Source: an uncultured Gammaproteobacteria bacterium
GTDB lineage: Bacteria > Patescibacteriota > Patescibacteriia > Magasanikbacterales > UBA922
Assembly: GCA_964447765.1 (NCBI GenBank)
Contig: CAYUTO010000003.1
Span: 8,919-72,918 of the forward strand
Direction of reading: 5' to 3'
Length of the DNA: 64,000 nucleotides
Shown here one piece after another: positions 22,057 through 33,168 of the stretch (within the stretch, counting starts at the first letter, position 1; the number at the start of each line of letters is the position of its first letter). Made by a program: the position numbers and the translations under genes. The notes beneath the pieces were generated by a model, which was not told the DNA's origin, searched no databases, and saw only the letters and a list, made by a program, of their open reading frames with translations.

Positions 22057-24465
22057 ATGCCTCGAGGCAGACGCAAGGAGCACAGTTTTGATCCTACCCT
22101 ATCTGACGGGGTCATTGCAGTACTATTCCTCATACTCACTGCCATTGTCACTCTTAGCTTTTTTGGCGGAGCTGGAATTGTCGGAACTATTCTCAATGAA
22201 TATGTTTTGAGCTTCCTATTCGGAGATTTGCGCTATATCACCCCCGTTATTCTGGTTGTCTGTGCTTGGTACCTAATTCGTGAGAAAAAAGAAGATGAGC
22301 CTCAGCGTGGATTACATGTCCTCGGCTATATATTGTTTTTTGTGTCTACCGCAAGCTTGTTCCATATGCGATTTTCAGCCCCAGACATGTGGCGGGAAGC
22401 ACTTACGGGTGCTGGCGGTGGGGTCGCAGGAATGCTCGCCTACCCACTGTCCACATACCTGGGAGGTGTAGCCAGCTACATTATTCTTGCAGGACTTTCT
22501 CTCATTTCTGTATTTTTCATTTTTGAACGAGCGCTCCAATTATTTATTTCATTGCTTCGCAAAATCTTTAGTTCAACAGGAAGTGCTGCGACTGGTGCTT
22601 TCTCACGTGCACGCAATGGCCAAGCAGTGAAAATTAAAGGTGCCTACGATGAATTTGAGGATGAAGATGCTACTGAAGAAGAGGACGAAGTGGAAGAATC
22701 AAAAAGTTCTTTTGCTGCACGCTCTTTGAAAAAACCTGATCACGAAAGTGAAGAAGAAGTCGACACAGTGGATGAAGAAGATACTTCTGACGATGATGAT
22801 GAAGAACAAGAAGAAGAAAAATCATCGGGAGATGTATGGAGTAAGCGAGTAATTATCAAAAATTTACCCCCCCTTGATATTCTCGTTGATAAAAAAAGTA
22901 AGCCGACTAGTGGAGACATCAAAGGAAATGCAGAAACGATCAGAAGTACACTCTCAGAATTTGGAATTGATGTAGATATGGGTGAAATACGCGTCGGACC
23001 TACCGTTACTCAATACTCTCTCAAACCTTCAAAAGGCGTAAAGCTTTCCCGCATCACCGCGCTCTCAAATGATTTGGCACTCGCTCTCGCTGCGCACCCT
23101 ATTCGTATCGAGGCTCCAATCCCAGGACAAGCTCTGGTTGGAATTGAAGTTCCCAATCAAAAAACCGCAATGGTTTCTTTCCGCGAACTACTTGAATCAA
23201 AAGAATTTAAAAACCGCCCACATAATCTTTCAATCGCTCTTGGTAAAGATGTCGCAGGAAAAGTATGGTTTGCTGATTTACCACGCATGCCTCATCTTCT
23301 GATTGCAGGAGCCACCGGATCTGGAAAAACAGTGTGTGTGAATACCATTATCATGAGTTTACTTTTTGAAAATACTGCAGAAACTCTGCGTATGATTATG
23401 GTGGATCCGAAACGTGTTGAATTGACTCTCTATAATGGAATTCCACATTTATTGACCCCTGTCATTACCAATACTCAACAGACGATCAACGCACTCAAGT
23501 GGTCGATCGGAGAAATGGAAAGACGATTTGAACTTCTTGCAAGCGCTGGATCACGCGACATTACTTCATACAATGCAAAACATCCTGATAACAAAATTCC
23601 GCATATTGTATTTATTATTGATGAATTAGCCGACCTCATGGCAACGGCCGCAAATGAAATCGAAGCAGGTATTATTCGATTGGCACAAATGGCGCGCGCA
23701 GTCGGAATCCACCTCGTAGTAGCAACCCAACGACCGAGTGTTGACGTAATCACAGGTCTCATGAAAGCAAATATTCCAGGCCGCATCGCTTTCTCAGTTG
23801 CATCCCTCATTGATTCCCGCACCATCCTTGATTGCCCAGGTGCTGAAAAACTTATTGGTCGTGGAGACATGTTGTACCTCACTGCAGAACTCGGAAAACC
23901 AGTTCGTATCCAAGGTGCCTTTATTTCTGAAGAAGAAATGAAAGACGTGGTCGACTATCTCCGCGGAGATGAAGAACCTGAGTATGATGAAAGCATTGTC
24001 TCAGTACAAAAAACAGGCACCATGAGCCTATTTGGTGGGCCTACTGATGATAAGGATCCACTCTTTGAAGAAGCAAAACGTGAAATTGTAACTACGGGCA
24101 AAGCTAGTTCCTCACTACTACAGCGCAGACTGAAGGTTGGGTATGCACGTGCAGCGCGCCTGATGGATGAACTTGAAGAAGCAGGTGTCATTGGTCCAGG
24201 ATCAGGCGCCAAAGCACGAGAAATACTTATGACAAAAGACCAGCTTCATGGTACAATTGACGCTGGCGCAAAACTCAACGTATTCAAAGCTCCACCACAT
24301 ACCGTCACCACTATTGAAGAAGAAGCTGACGAAACTATTGATGACCTAGAACCTGAAGAAGTTGATGAACCTGTTGAAGAAGAGTTGAGTGATTATAATG
24401 ATTCAGTAAAACCTGAAGAAGATGAAGAAGAAAACGAAGAGAAGGATGAGCGGACACCGTTTTAA
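22057..24465 (+). CDS. ftsK: FtsK/SpoIIIE DNA translocase
   Basis: N-terminal TM segments, acidic linker, GATGSGKT, IDELADL, gamma domain LQRRLKVGYARAARL. Confidence 0.95.
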   Translation: MPRGRRKEHSFDPTLSDGVIAVLFLILTAIVTLSFFGGAGIVGTILNEYVLSFLFGDLRYITPVILVVCAWYLIREKKEDEPQRGLHVLGYILFFVSTASLFHMRFSAPDMWREALTGAGGGVAGMLAYPLSTYLGGVASYIILAGLSLISVFFIFERALQLFISLLRKIFSSTGSAATGAFSRARNGQAVKIKGAYDEFEDEDATEEEDEVEESKSSFAARSLKKPDHESEEEVDTVDEEDTSDDDDEEQEEEKSSGDVWSKRVIIKNLPPLDILVDKKSKPTSGDIKGNAETIRSTLSEFGIDVDMGEIRVGPTVTQYSLKPSKGVKLSRITALSNDLALALAAHPIRIEAPIPGQALVGIEVPNQKTAMVSFRELLESKEFKNRPHNLSIALGKDVAGKVWFADLPRMPHLLIAGATGSGKTVCVNTIIMSLLFENTAETLRMIMVDPKRVELTLYNGIPHLLTPVITNTQQTINALKWSIGEMERRFELLASAGSRDITSYNAKHPDNKIPHIVFIIDELADLMATAANEIEAGIIRLAQMARAVGIHLVVATQRPSVDVITGLMKANIPGRIAFSVASLIDSRTILDCPGAEKLIGRGDMLYLTAELGKPVRIQGAFISEEEMKDVVDYLRGDEEPEYDESIVSVQKTGTMSLFGGPTDDKDPLFEEAKREIVTTGKASSSLLQRRLKVGYARAARLMDELEEAGVIGPGSGAKAREILMTKDQLHGTIDAGAKLNVFKAPPHTVTTIEEEADETIDDLEPEEVDEPVEEELSDYNDSVKPEEDEEENEEKDERTPF

Positions 24466-24532
24466 TAAAGATTGGAGATTGGATACCTTTCACATTTTTT
24501 AAATTTTCAATCTTCAATTTTTCTCTCTCATT

Positions 24533-25225
24533 ATGGCTTTTCAAAAAAAAGATGTCATTCCTGCTCCGCGTGTATGCGCGCGACTCAAAACTCTGCGCGA
24601 AAGCACGGGAGTGTCTCTTGAGGAACTCGCGGATAAGACCAAAATCAATCGAGCATATCTCGAAGCGCTCGAAGGATGTGATTTTTCCAAACTAAATTTT
24701 TCTTCATTGTACTTACGAAACTTTATCAAGAAATATGTTCAGACGCTTGGTAGTGATCCAAGACCCTATCTAGACCAATTTGCTGACGAAGAAGTATCTC
24801 CTCGAAAAGAGAAACTTAAAGTATCAGCACCGAGTCATCATCGCCACGCATTCCAATTGAGTGATATTCCAACTGCTATTCGATTTGCAGTACTCGGACT
24901 CATTGTTGTTGGACTTTTCTCATACCTCGGACTTCATGTGCATAATATTTTGAAACCCCCACACTTGCTCGTTGCCAATCCAACTGATGGATTTATTTCA
25001 AAAGAAAATAATATTATTATTACCGGCTCGACTGATCCTGAGACCAAAATTATGGTGAATGATGTACCTATTGCGAACGATGAACAAGGAAATTTCTCGG
25101 AAACCATCACCCTCACTCCTGGTATCAATACTCTCACGATCAAGGCAGAGAATAAGCATGGACGAATAGCACAGGATACCAGACATGTGATATACAAACA
25201 TACCAACTCAGTCAGCCGAAATTAG
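24533..25225 (+). CDS. RodZ-like HTH membrane protein with C-terminal Ig-like domain
   Basis: XRE-type HTH (SLEELADKTKINRAYLEALE), one TM segment, beta-rich C-terminus. Confidence 0.75.
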   Translation: MAFQKKDVIPAPRVCARLKTLRESTGVSLEELADKTKINRAYLEALEGCDFSKLNFSSLYLRNFIKKYVQTLGSDPRPYLDQFADEEVSPRKEKLKVSAPSHHRHAFQLSDIPTAIRFAVLGLIVVGLFSYLGLHVHNILKPPHLLVANPTDGFISKENNIIITGSTDPETKIMVNDVPIANDEQGNFSETITLTPGINTLTIKAENKHGRIAQDTRHVIYKHTNSVSRN

Positions 25226-25372
25226 TCTACGTACCACCTGGTTTGACAGGGTATAGAGGAAAAAGCTACACTTAAATAGAGAGGATAACTCTCTTTTTAA
25301 ATTAAGGAGATTACATGCGAATTACCAATACATTATTTGTGACTCGCCTGTAACTAAACTAACACAAAGCAT

Positions 25373-26443
25373 ATGGCAAAAAAGATGGAGACCAACCCTA
25401 AGCTTGAGGCAGCATCAAGCGCAATCGACCAGATCAAACAAAAGTACGGAGACAATTCTATTATGCGTTTTGGTGAAGCGCGAGCATCAGCTGTCGATGC
25501 TGTTTCTACCGGGTCAATCTCACTTGATATCGCACTTGGGGTCAAAGGAATGCCTCGTGGACGTATTATCGAGGTATTTGGTCCTGAAGCCAGTGGAAAA
25601 ACAACTCTTGCTCAACATGTAATTGCAGAAGTTCAAAAACTGGGAGGAATCGCCGCGTTCATTGACGCGGAACACGCACTTGATCCTGATTATGCAAAAA
25701 AAATCGGAGTAGATGTAAACAATTTGTTTATTTCTCAACCAGACACCGGTGAACAAGCACTTGAAATCCTTGAAACACTGGTCCGATCAAACGCGGTCGA
25801 CATTGTCGTTGTCGACTCAGTAGCAGCGCTCGTTCCAAAAGCTGAAATCGAAGGAGAGATGGGTGACTCACATATGGGTCTCCAAGCTCGCCTCATGAGC
25901 CAGGCACTCCGCAAGCTTACTGGTATTGTAAGCAAGACCAACACTATTATCATCTTCATCAACCAGACTCGTATGAAGATCGGGGTATTCTTTGGTAACC
26001 CTGAAACAACGACTGGTGGAAATGCATTAAAATTCTATTCATCAGTACGTGTGGAAGTCCGCCGCGCAGCACAGATCAAGCAAGGTGACAAAGTAATTGG
26101 AAACCGAGTAAAGGTAAAAATCGTCAAAAACAAAGTAGCCGCACCTTTCCGCACCACTGAATTTGATATTATGTACAATGAAGGAATTTCAGTATCGGGA
26201 GATCTCATCGACACGGGCGTACTTCACCAGGTAATCCACAAATCTGGAAATAGTTATTCATTTGGTGAAGAAAAATTAGGCGTAGGCCGTGAAAAAGCAA
26301 AACAATTTTTGCGAGAAAATCCGAAGCTCATGAAGCAAATCAGAGAAAGAATCTGGGAAGCAGTAGAGCGCGGCGAAGCACCAGAAGAAAATCCTCCAAT
26401 GCCAGGAGCGCCTGAAGATATGAATGAGATGGGAGAAGTATAA
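25373..26443 (+). CDS. recA: recombinase RecA
   Basis: [23 protein letters not shown]. Confidence 0.98.
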   Translation: MAKKMETNPKLEAASSAIDQIKQKYGDNSIMRFGEARASAVDAVSTGSISLDIALGVKGMPRGRIIEVFGPEASGKTTLAQHVIAEVQKLGGIAAFIDAEHALDPDYAKKIGVDVNNLFISQPDTGEQALEILETLVRSNAVDIVVVDSVAALVPKAEIEGEMGDSHMGLQARLMSQALRKLTGIVSKTNTIIIFINQTRMKIGVFFGNPETTTGGNALKFYSSVRVEVRRAAQIKQGDKVIGNRVKVKIVKNKVAAPFRTTEFDIMYNEGISVSGDLIDTGVLHQVIHKSGNSYSFGEEKLGVGREKAKQFLRENPKLMKQIRERIWEAVERGEAPEENPPMPGAPEDMNEMGEV

Positions 26444-26461
26444 TTTTCAAAGTAAGCTATA

Positions 26462-26492
26462 TAAAAAAACCGGTCGTGAGATCGGTTTTTTT
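26462..26492. terminator. bidirectional terminator
   Basis: AAAAAAACCGGTC-GTGA-GATCGGTTTTTTT. Confidence 0.75.
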
Positions 26493-26510
26493 ATATCTTT
26501 CTCCAACTTC

Positions 26511-28361
26511 CTACTGATACATCTTTTCCACCCCAACTCCCGTATAATAATATTTCAAAATAGTATCGAAATCCTCACCTTTCTCAGCTGCTCTGACTGA
26601 TGCATCTCTCGCACTCATTCCCACCCCATGACCAAACAATTTCTTCTTGTCTCGTTTATCATATTCAGTTGGAACTGACACGAGCCATGGCTTCCCTGCC
26701 CCACTCCACACCTCACTCCAGCTTCTCGTTCTCGTATCAGCATTTGCAAAATACGGAGTGATGATGATTTCTGCAGGGGTTTCTATATTATTGTCTGTAT
26801 CGTAAGTTATCATCATCCCCCTCGTTGCCTGCGCAGCTTCGACGACACGTGGCATGAGGACTTCGCTTTCGTATCCGAGATAGAGCTGATCTGCAGTAGT
26901 TGCAACTACGTCAAATACTGCTGTTTGTGTACTCTTATGATTCTGAATATAGTAGGCGTAGGTACGTGCGGCTGTCAGAATTGCTTTCATATATTCCATA
27001 TGTGCTTCGTTCGAAGTTTCGGCAATTCCCGCGACATAATCCTCAAACAAGAGGTCATTGATCACATAGGTCGCATCACTATTTTTGGTCGCACGATACT
27101 CCATTGCTCCACGATATGCATTGAAACTTAGTTTCCCACGATAGGATAATAATCTTTCATAATTCGGCAGACGAAATACGGCATGTGGGTTGTTCGCAGG
27201 AGCGAGACGAATAAAGTTTCCGGTAGAAAACTCAATATCTGCACCTTTAAAATAAAATACACCTTTACTCTCCCACATGGATACTCGAATTCCAGGCGCG
27301 ACTACTCCCACCAGAGTCTCTCCATCAAAAACATTGTAGGTTTCATCAGTTGAAACAAACTCAACACCTTTTGTTGGATTTTTCCACACACCTACTCGAA
27401 TTCGTGGCTCCTCTGATAACCGTACCAATGGTTGTACAGGTTCTGTATATTCTTCTTCAGTAATTACTGAAGCATCTTCGGTCACGGTGACTGTTATTAC
27501 CCCAAGATCACTTACTTTCTCAGTGCCATTCGGAATCAATGCAAGTCTTATCGTATACACACCCTTTCTTTCGGGAATAGGGAGGGACACTGTTTCTCGC
27601 GCGATTCCAAATGGTGCTACGTCTATTTGTTTCTCTACTAATACTTTTGAATTTCCTGCTCTATTTTCTACATTCACTGCAGTTGATTTGAGCGTATACG
27701 ATGTCCATGGATTTGAGCCTGTATTTTGGAATCCGATAATAATCGGTACCACCTCTCCCCCGCGGGCTTCAACTTGTTTTTTACTAAGTATCACGCGCGT
27801 TGCCTGATAGGTGTTTAGAGAAACCACACTCGCTGGCGCGGCAGTTGTCGCTTCAGCCACCTCTGCTACTTGTTTTTTTGGAGCAACACTAATATCAATA
27901 TAGAAATATCCACCTTTTACCCAGGTATGATTTTCCGAAGCGAGATAAAATTCTTCTTTATATTCCCCGGCAGTCTCTGGCGCTTTTAATTCAAGTTTTA
28001 ATTCTCCTACTTCCCCTGGTTTTACCACTCCTTCAATTTTTCCGCTTTGACTTGAGGCTATCCAATTACCCCCTTTAAATATTGAATCGCGATATCTAGG
28101 TTCCATTGTGTAGGCAGAAATGAAACGACTTCCGGTCCATGTCGCAGTCCCTACATTTTTGAATTTGAATATTACTGTTTTTACTTCGCCCGCTTCCATC
28201 TGTACCGGATCAGGAATGGATTGACTTACCAATTTTGCCGCATACGCACCATCTTTGATCGTAAGTTTTGGGTCTGCTGCATAAGCTGGCGGGGCTAGTA
28301 ATAATACGGTGGAAAGTGTAAGAATTACTACACTTAGACGTTTTATAGAAGAAAAAAGCAT
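26511..28361 (-). CDS. secreted SpoIID/LytB domain protein with N-terminal Ig-like domains
   Basis: Signal peptide, FKNVGTATW Ig-like repeat, EDYVAGIAE...AARTYA, GHGVGMS, ILKYYY. Confidence 0.8.
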   Translation of the reverse strand: MLFSSIKRLSVVILTLSTVLLLAPPAYAADPKLTIKDGAYAAKLVSQSIPDPVQMEAGEVKTVIFKFKNVGTATWTGSRFISAYTMEPRYRDSIFKGGNWIASSQSGKIEGVVKPGEVGELKLELKAPETAGEYKEEFYLASENHTWVKGGYFYIDISVAPKKQVAEVAEATTAAPASVVSLNTYQATRVILSKKQVEARGGEVVPIIIGFQNTGSNPWTSYTLKSTAVNVENRAGNSKVLVEKQIDVAPFGIARETVSLPIPERKGVYTIRLALIPNGTEKVSDLGVITVTVTEDASVITEEEYTEPVQPLVRLSEEPRIRVGVWKNPTKGVEFVSTDETYNVFDGETLVGVVAPGIRVSMWESKGVFYFKGADIEFSTGNFIRLAPANNPHAVFRLPNYERLLSYRGKLSFNAYRGAMEYRATKNSDATYVINDLLFEDYVAGIAETSNEAHMEYMKAILTAARTYAYYIQNHKSTQTAVFDVVATTADQLYLGYESEVLMPRVVEAAQATRGMMITYDTDNNIETPAEIIITPYFANADTRTRSWSEVWSGAGKPWLVSVPTEYDKRDKKKLFGHGVGMSARDASVRAAEKGEDFDTILKYYYTGVGVEKMYQ

Positions 28362-28459
28362 AGAGTAGGTGAATGTTTTAGTATGTGTGAGTATAGCATG
28401 TTTGATTCATCATGTCTTCATTGAATTTGTGGAAAAAAAATGATAGTCTTTACTCATCT

Positions 28460-29920
28460 ATGACACTTACCAAACAACTCGCACACAATACCGCAGCTCA
28501 GCTCGGAGGAAAGATCATCTCGACCATACTTGGACTCGTTGCAATCGGGATGCTCACTCGATATCTCGGAGTTGAACAATTCGGATGGTATGCAACGACC
28601 TTAGCATTCCTCCAATTCATTGCAATCATGATTGATTTTGGATTGATTCCGGTAACTGCTCAGATGATGAGTGAAGTTCCTCCTGAATTTGATAATGCTC
28701 CGGAAAACAAACTCGCCAGTTATCGAAACAAGCTCATGAAAAATTTGCTTGGATTTAGATTTACAACCGCAGTCATCGGTCTCGGAATTGCCCCATTCAT
28801 CGCATTACTATTTCCCTATCCACAGGAAGTAAAAATTGCGATCGCGCTTACCACGATCAACATGCTCTCGGTTGCAATGAACCAGATTTTTACTGGCTAT
28901 TACCAATCAAAACTTACAACCTACTTTCAAGCGTTTGGTGAAGTGGTTGGACGAATTACACTTATCCTCGGCCTGATCTTGTGTATTTATTTTAATCTTG
29001 GTTTTATCCCAGTCATGGGTGCAATCACCCTCTCAAGTGTCATATACACCCTCGTAATGTGGATACTTGCTCGCAAGAATACTTCCGTAACCTTTGGATT
29101 TGATTTTTCACTCTGGAAAAAGATAATCATCAAAATGTGGCCCATCGCTGTAGCAGTCATGTTCAATGTAATTTATTTGCGAGGAGATACGGTTATTCTC
29201 TCACTCTACCGCGATCAGGTAGAGATAGGTTTATATGGAGCTGCTTATCGGGTAATTGATATTGTTGCACAGACTGCGATGATGATTATGGGACTCATGC
29301 TTCCTCTCCTGGCGTATGCATGGTCAAAAGGTGAAGACCAAAAATTCAAGGAGCATTTCCAGCTCGCATTTAATATCATGATGATGTTTGCGATTCCTAT
29401 GGCTGTAGGGTTGATTATGTTGTCAAAGCAGATTATGGTGGTGGTGGCAGGTACTGAATTTATAAGTGCAGCACTTCCCCTTTCCCTTCTCTCTATTGCG
29501 GTATTTGGCATATTTTTCGGTGGAATTTTTGGACATGTTGCAGTTGCCATAAATCGACAAAAAGAAACCCTACCTATCTATATTGCCACCGCTGCAATTA
29601 CTCTGGTCTTATATTTTATTTTTATCCCTCGATATGGCATGATCGGTGCTGCAGGAGCGAGCGTTTTCTCAGAATTATTTGCAGGTACCTGCCTCTATCT
29701 TATTATCAAAAAATACACACAGATTTCTCTGTCCCTGGTTGTGCTCGGAAAAATACTTCTCGCAGGAGCATGTATGACCGTCGTACTCTTTATACTTCAA
29801 ACTCACCTTATCCTTGCAATACTGGCAGGTAGTGCCGTATACGCAATAGTACTTCTTGCTCTCAAGACAATTTCAATTCACACTATTCGAGAAATGATGA
29901 GTTTTAAAAAAACTACTTAG
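28460..29920 (+). CDS. Wzx-type polysaccharide flippase
   Basis: Multi-TM protein with LTRYLGVEQFGWY, IGLYGAAYR and IPRYGMIGAA. Start moved to MTLTK. Confidence 0.85.
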   Translation: MTLTKQLAHNTAAQLGGKIISTILGLVAIGMLTRYLGVEQFGWYATTLAFLQFIAIMIDFGLIPVTAQMMSEVPPEFDNAPENKLASYRNKLMKNLLGFRFTTAVIGLGIAPFIALLFPYPQEVKIAIALTTINMLSVAMNQIFTGYYQSKLTTYFQAFGEVVGRITLILGLILCIYFNLGFIPVMGAITLSSVIYTLVMWILARKNTSVTFGFDFSLWKKIIIKMWPIAVAVMFNVIYLRGDTVILSLYRDQVEIGLYGAAYRVIDIVAQTAMMIMGLMLPLLAYAWSKGEDQKFKEHFQLAFNIMMMFAIPMAVGLIMLSKQIMVVVAGTEFISAALPLSLLSIAVFGIFFGGIFGHVAVAINRQKETLPIYIATAAITLVLYFIFIPRYGMIGAAGASVFSELFAGTCLYLIIKKYTQISLSLVVLGKILLAGACMTVVLFILQTHLILAILAGSAVYAIVLLALKTISIHTIREMMSFKKTT

Positions 29921-31160
29921 TTTTATCTAGTGACTGACTTCCAACTACCAAAAATACCAGTATCCAGAACAACATCGCCAAGTCATTTTTGAAATACGGC
30001 ACATCCACGAGACCGTGTACGACTAAGGCAGTAAGAGCAGCAATATATGCTGCCTTTTTTTGCGTATCTTTTATTTTAAAAGTAAAAACAAAAAGAGATA
30101 CTAATATTCCAACAAACGATAACATTCCCAGTAGTCCGATTTCAGTCCAGAAATTGAGGATAATATTGTGCGGGTATTTGAGAGGTTCAAGAGTCTTTGG
30201 ATTGTGCCATGGTTTCTGAATCGCATCATAGAAATTTCTAATACCACTTCCTACTATAAAATTCTTGGGAGTTTCAATAAGATACTCTGCCGTATGCGAC
30301 CAAACAGTGAGTCTATTTTTCCCTGCTTGATCCTGAAACAATACCGCTTCTTTCATGCCTGGTAATACGAGTGATCCTACCACTCCAATAATTGCAATCG
30401 CGATAGATATTTTTTTATATCCCAACATAAAGAGGTATACTAATACCCCTGCTCCGATCGCAATCCATGCTCCCTGCGAAATTGAAAACACATTCGCCAG
30501 AAGAATAATTACTACACCCGCCCAGATATAATATGCTCTTTTTAGAACTAACAATGATAGGAATAAAATTGGTACGGTAAATAATCCGATAGCATTTGCA
30601 CTGGTAAATATTGAAGTTACTCTGCCAAATAATTGATCATCCCAGAGGCTTGGTGGAAAAAGAAGTCCGGTGAACTTTTGTATAATAGCTATAGTACTCA
30701 CTAATACCGCTGCACCAACTAGTGAGAGGATCATTTTTTTCTGCTCTAACAACTCTCGCCTTGTTATAAGTATTGCAAATAATAGTATTGGCTCGAAAAA
30801 TAAAGCTCTCCACTCACCAATACCATAGATCAGTTTTTGAACTGGGTTTTCGGCGCCAATCATACTCGTACATGCTCCGATAAACGAAAACAATAGAAGG
30901 AAGACTAACAAAACAAACAGCCTTTTATGACTTGCAATAAAAATCTTGAACTTTTCACTATCGTTCTTTTGAGAAGTGACAACCCAACCAATCACTAGCG
31001 CAAAAAAACTTACCTCAAGTAATGTGGAAGGTAAAGGCCCGATATTAAAACGTATGATGTATGTAGGGATGGTTAACAAAAACAAGTACACTGCGAGTGG
31101 AAATTTCTTTATCGCAAGATAGGTGAAAAGAAGAAAATAAATACCGATAAGATAAAGCAT
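29913..31160 (-). CDS. O-antigen ligase/Wzy-like protein
   Basis: Multi-TM protein with SQGAW, YPHNIILNFWTEIG and VHGLVD. Start moved to MLYLIG. Confidence 0.85.
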   Translation of the reverse strand: MLYLIGIYFLLFTYLAIKKFPLAVYLFLLTIPTYIIRFNIGPLPSTLLEVSFFALVIGWVVTSQKNDSEKFKIFIASHKRLFVLLVFLLLFSFIGACTSMIGAENPVQKLIYGIGEWRALFFEPILLFAILITRRELLEQKKMILSLVGAAVLVSTIAIIQKFTGLLFPPSLWDDQLFGRVTSIFTSANAIGLFTVPILFLSLLVLKRAYYIWAGVVIILLANVFSISQGAWIAIGAGVLVYLFMLGYKKISIAIAIIGVVGSLVLPGMKEAVLFQDQAGKNRLTVWSHTAEYLIETPKNFIVGSGIRNFYDAIQKPWHNPKTLEPLKYPHNIILNFWTEIGLLGMLSFVGILVSLFVFTFKIKDTQKKAAYIAALTALVVHGLVDVPYFKNDLAMLFWILVFLVVGSQSLDKTK

Positions 31161-31260
31161 AGTTTTTTGATTTTTTACATCATAGCATGGATTTACCCAA
31201 AAACCCATGATTGACGAAAGGGTCATGAACAGGCTAGTATACCTCAACAATATTTTCAAT

Positions 31261-31304
31261 GGAGAGGTGTCTGAGCCCTGCCTGCCGGCAGGCAGGGGTT
31301 GAAG
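31261..31304 (+). pseudogene. duplicated tRNA-Ser 5' fragment interrupted by a 20-bp palindrome
   Basis: GGAGAGGTGTCTGAGC[CCTGCCTGCCGGCAGGCAGG]GGTTGAAG. With the bracketed part removed it is identical to the first 24 nt of the tRNA at 31567. Confidence 0.85.
31277..31296. repeat. perfect 20-bp GC-rich palindrome
   Basis: CCTGCCTGCC|GGCAGGCAGG is its own reverse complement. Confidence 0.95.
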
Positions 31305-31319
31305 TCTATAAAATGGTAT

Positions 31320-31562
31320 ATGTACTACGTTTACTTTCTTAAAAGCGAGAAGGACGGTAAAATGTATATAGGTAGAACGAATGATATTATGAGACGTCTG
31401 TCAGAACACAATAGCGGACAAGTTTCTGCAACAAAATCACGCCGTCCGCTTGTATTGCTCGGATATGAGACATATGCAACAGAATCTGAAAGCGTGAGTG
31501 CAGAACGTGAATGGAAAAAAGGTTACAGAAGAGAAGAGTTAAAACGAAAGTTTAAAATATAA
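31320..31562 (+). CDS. small GIY-YIG nuclease family protein
   Basis: MYYVYFLKS...MYIGRTNDIMRRLSEHN...TKSRRP...AEREWK. Start moved to ATG 31320. Confidence 0.9.
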   Translation: MYYVYFLKSEKDGKMYIGRTNDIMRRLSEHNSGQVSATKSRRPLVLLGYETYATESESVSAEREWKKGYRREELKRKFKI

Positions 31563-31566
31563 ACAT

Positions 31567-31656
<90 letters not shown>

Positions 31657-31769
31657 AACTGAAACAGAACTAATTGCACATTTCGAAAAAGGCGTGAGCT
31701 CTCATCGTACACCCAAAATTTGTTATACTATAAATACTTAGTTACTAATATATTTAACCATTACACGTT

Positions 31770-32153
31770 ATGCCTAACAAAAATATGGTTTCATGGTTTG
31801 AAATTTATGTAGCAGACATGGACCGAGCAAAAAAGTTTTACGAGACAGTAACAGGGAAAGAGCTGACCCCTATGCCCATGCCCGAAGAAATGGGTATCAC
31901 CATGATAGCTTTCCCTTGGACAGAAGAAGGAATGGGAGCGGCTGGGGCACTAGTAAAAGGTAGCATGCGCAAACCACACGCAGAAGGTACTATTGTCTAT
32001 TTTGATTCTGAAGATTGCAATATAGAACTTGCTCGTGTGAAAGAAGCAGGAGGTAAAATTATTTTCCCCAAAACACCCGCTGGTGACTATGGATTCTTCT
32101 GTATGTTTTCTGACACCGAGGGAAACAGTGTAGGATTTTTCTCTAAAAAATAA
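31770..32153 (+). CDS. VOC/glyoxalase family protein
   Basis: WFEIYVADMDRAKKFY, DTEGNSVG. Confidence 0.9.
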   Translation: MPNKNMVSWFEIYVADMDRAKKFYETVTGKELTPMPMPEEMGITMIAFPWTEEGMGAAGALVKGSMRKPHAEGTIVYFDSEDCNIELARVKEAGGKIIFPKTPAGDYGFFCMFSDTEGNSVGFFSKK

Positions 32154-32155
32154 TT

Positions 32156-32452
32156 ATGTCGGCCATAGCAGGAGGCGTCGTACATACCGTACCCGCAGAT
32201 CTCAAAAGTGCTTTAGTGAAAAATCCACAAGCTCTAGAGATTTGGAATAATCTTACTCCGCTTGCACGAAATGAGTGGATTTGTTGGGTTACCTTCGTCA
32301 AAAAAGACGAGACAAGAAAGGAACACATCAAAAGACTGACCGAGGAGCTCAAAGAGGGAAAACGCAGACCATGTTGCTGGATAGGCTGTATTCATCGCAC
32401 GGATAAAGCAGTAAGCCCATCAATCAAAGGGATACTTGCTAAGCGATCTTAA
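32156..32452 (+). CDS. YdeI/OmpD-associated family protein
   Basis: VPADLKSAL...LTPLARNEWICWV...ETRKEHI. Confidence 0.85.
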   Translation: MSAIAGGVVHTVPADLKSALVKNPQALEIWNNLTPLARNEWICWVTFVKKDETRKEHIKRLTEELKEGKRRPCCWIGCIHRTDKAVSPSIKGILAKRS

Positions 32453-32471
32453 AAATAAGAAAAAAGTTTTT

Positions 32472-32954
32472 TCAAACAGTTAAATCGTTTTCAGATTTTA
32501 TCTCAACGGCATTTTGTAACAATCTTTCAAATACAGCTGCGGTAGTAGCAACTACGGCGGAAATAAAAATTATAAGAAGACCCATCGCGACACCACCAGC
32601 AACATCATCCTTACCACGCTGAACTGTAAAAAAATAACCTTCTGCCCCTACAATAAAAATAATAAGGGTTATTGCGCAGTATTTTATGGTCCGCAATGCT
32701 TTCACCGAACGTTCTCCAAACACTTCATCTCGTCCTATATACCCCAACAACTTAAACGCCTGATAGAGCGCTGTGAAAAATGCAATGGATGCGATATACG
32801 CATACGCCAAAAATGGATCGTTGAAGTAAATCTGAAAGACCGTGGCATGCACATTCCTGCCCTCGATGTGGGGTACCCACAGCATAAGAACAAAAGTGCC
32901 GATGCCGATCGCTATAATTACTACCTGAAGAAATATTGTTAAGCTTCGTTTCAT
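32472..32954 (-). CDS. DUF2975 membrane protein
   Basis: Four TM segments and C-terminal AVEIKSENDLTV. Start moved to MKRSL. Confidence 0.85.
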   Translation of the reverse strand: MKRSLTIFLQVVIIAIGIGTFVLMLWVPHIEGRNVHATVFQIYFNDPFLAYAYIASIAFFTALYQAFKLLGYIGRDEVFGERSVKALRTIKYCAITLIIFIVGAEGYFFTVQRGKDDVAGGVAMGLLIIFISAVVATTAAVFERLLQNAVEIKSENDLTV

Positions 32955-32961
32955 ACTGGTC

Positions 32962-33165
32962 TTATTTTTTATATTCCAAAATATCTCCAGGCTGGCATTC
33001 GAGTGCTTTGCAAATCGCTTCCAGAGTCGATAGTCGAATAGCTTTGGCTTTTCCATTTTTCAATATAGAAATATTAGCCATAGTTATTCCAACTTTTTCC
33101 GCGAGTTCAGTGACGCTCATTTTTCTTTTTGCGAGCATCACATCAATGTTTATGATAATTGCCAT
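32962..33165 (-). CDS. Cro/C1-type HTH regulator (YozG-like)
   Basis: IDVMLAKRKMSVTELAEKVGIT...CQPGDIL. Confidence 0.9.
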   Translation of the reverse strand: MAIIINIDVMLAKRKMSVTELAEKVGITMANISILKNGKAKAIRLSTLEAICKALECQPGDILEYKK

Positions 33166-33168
33166 ATT

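Noticed and set aside
22660-22830. GAA/GAT-rich repeat-like tract
   Set aside because: It encodes the acidic low-complexity FtsK linker.
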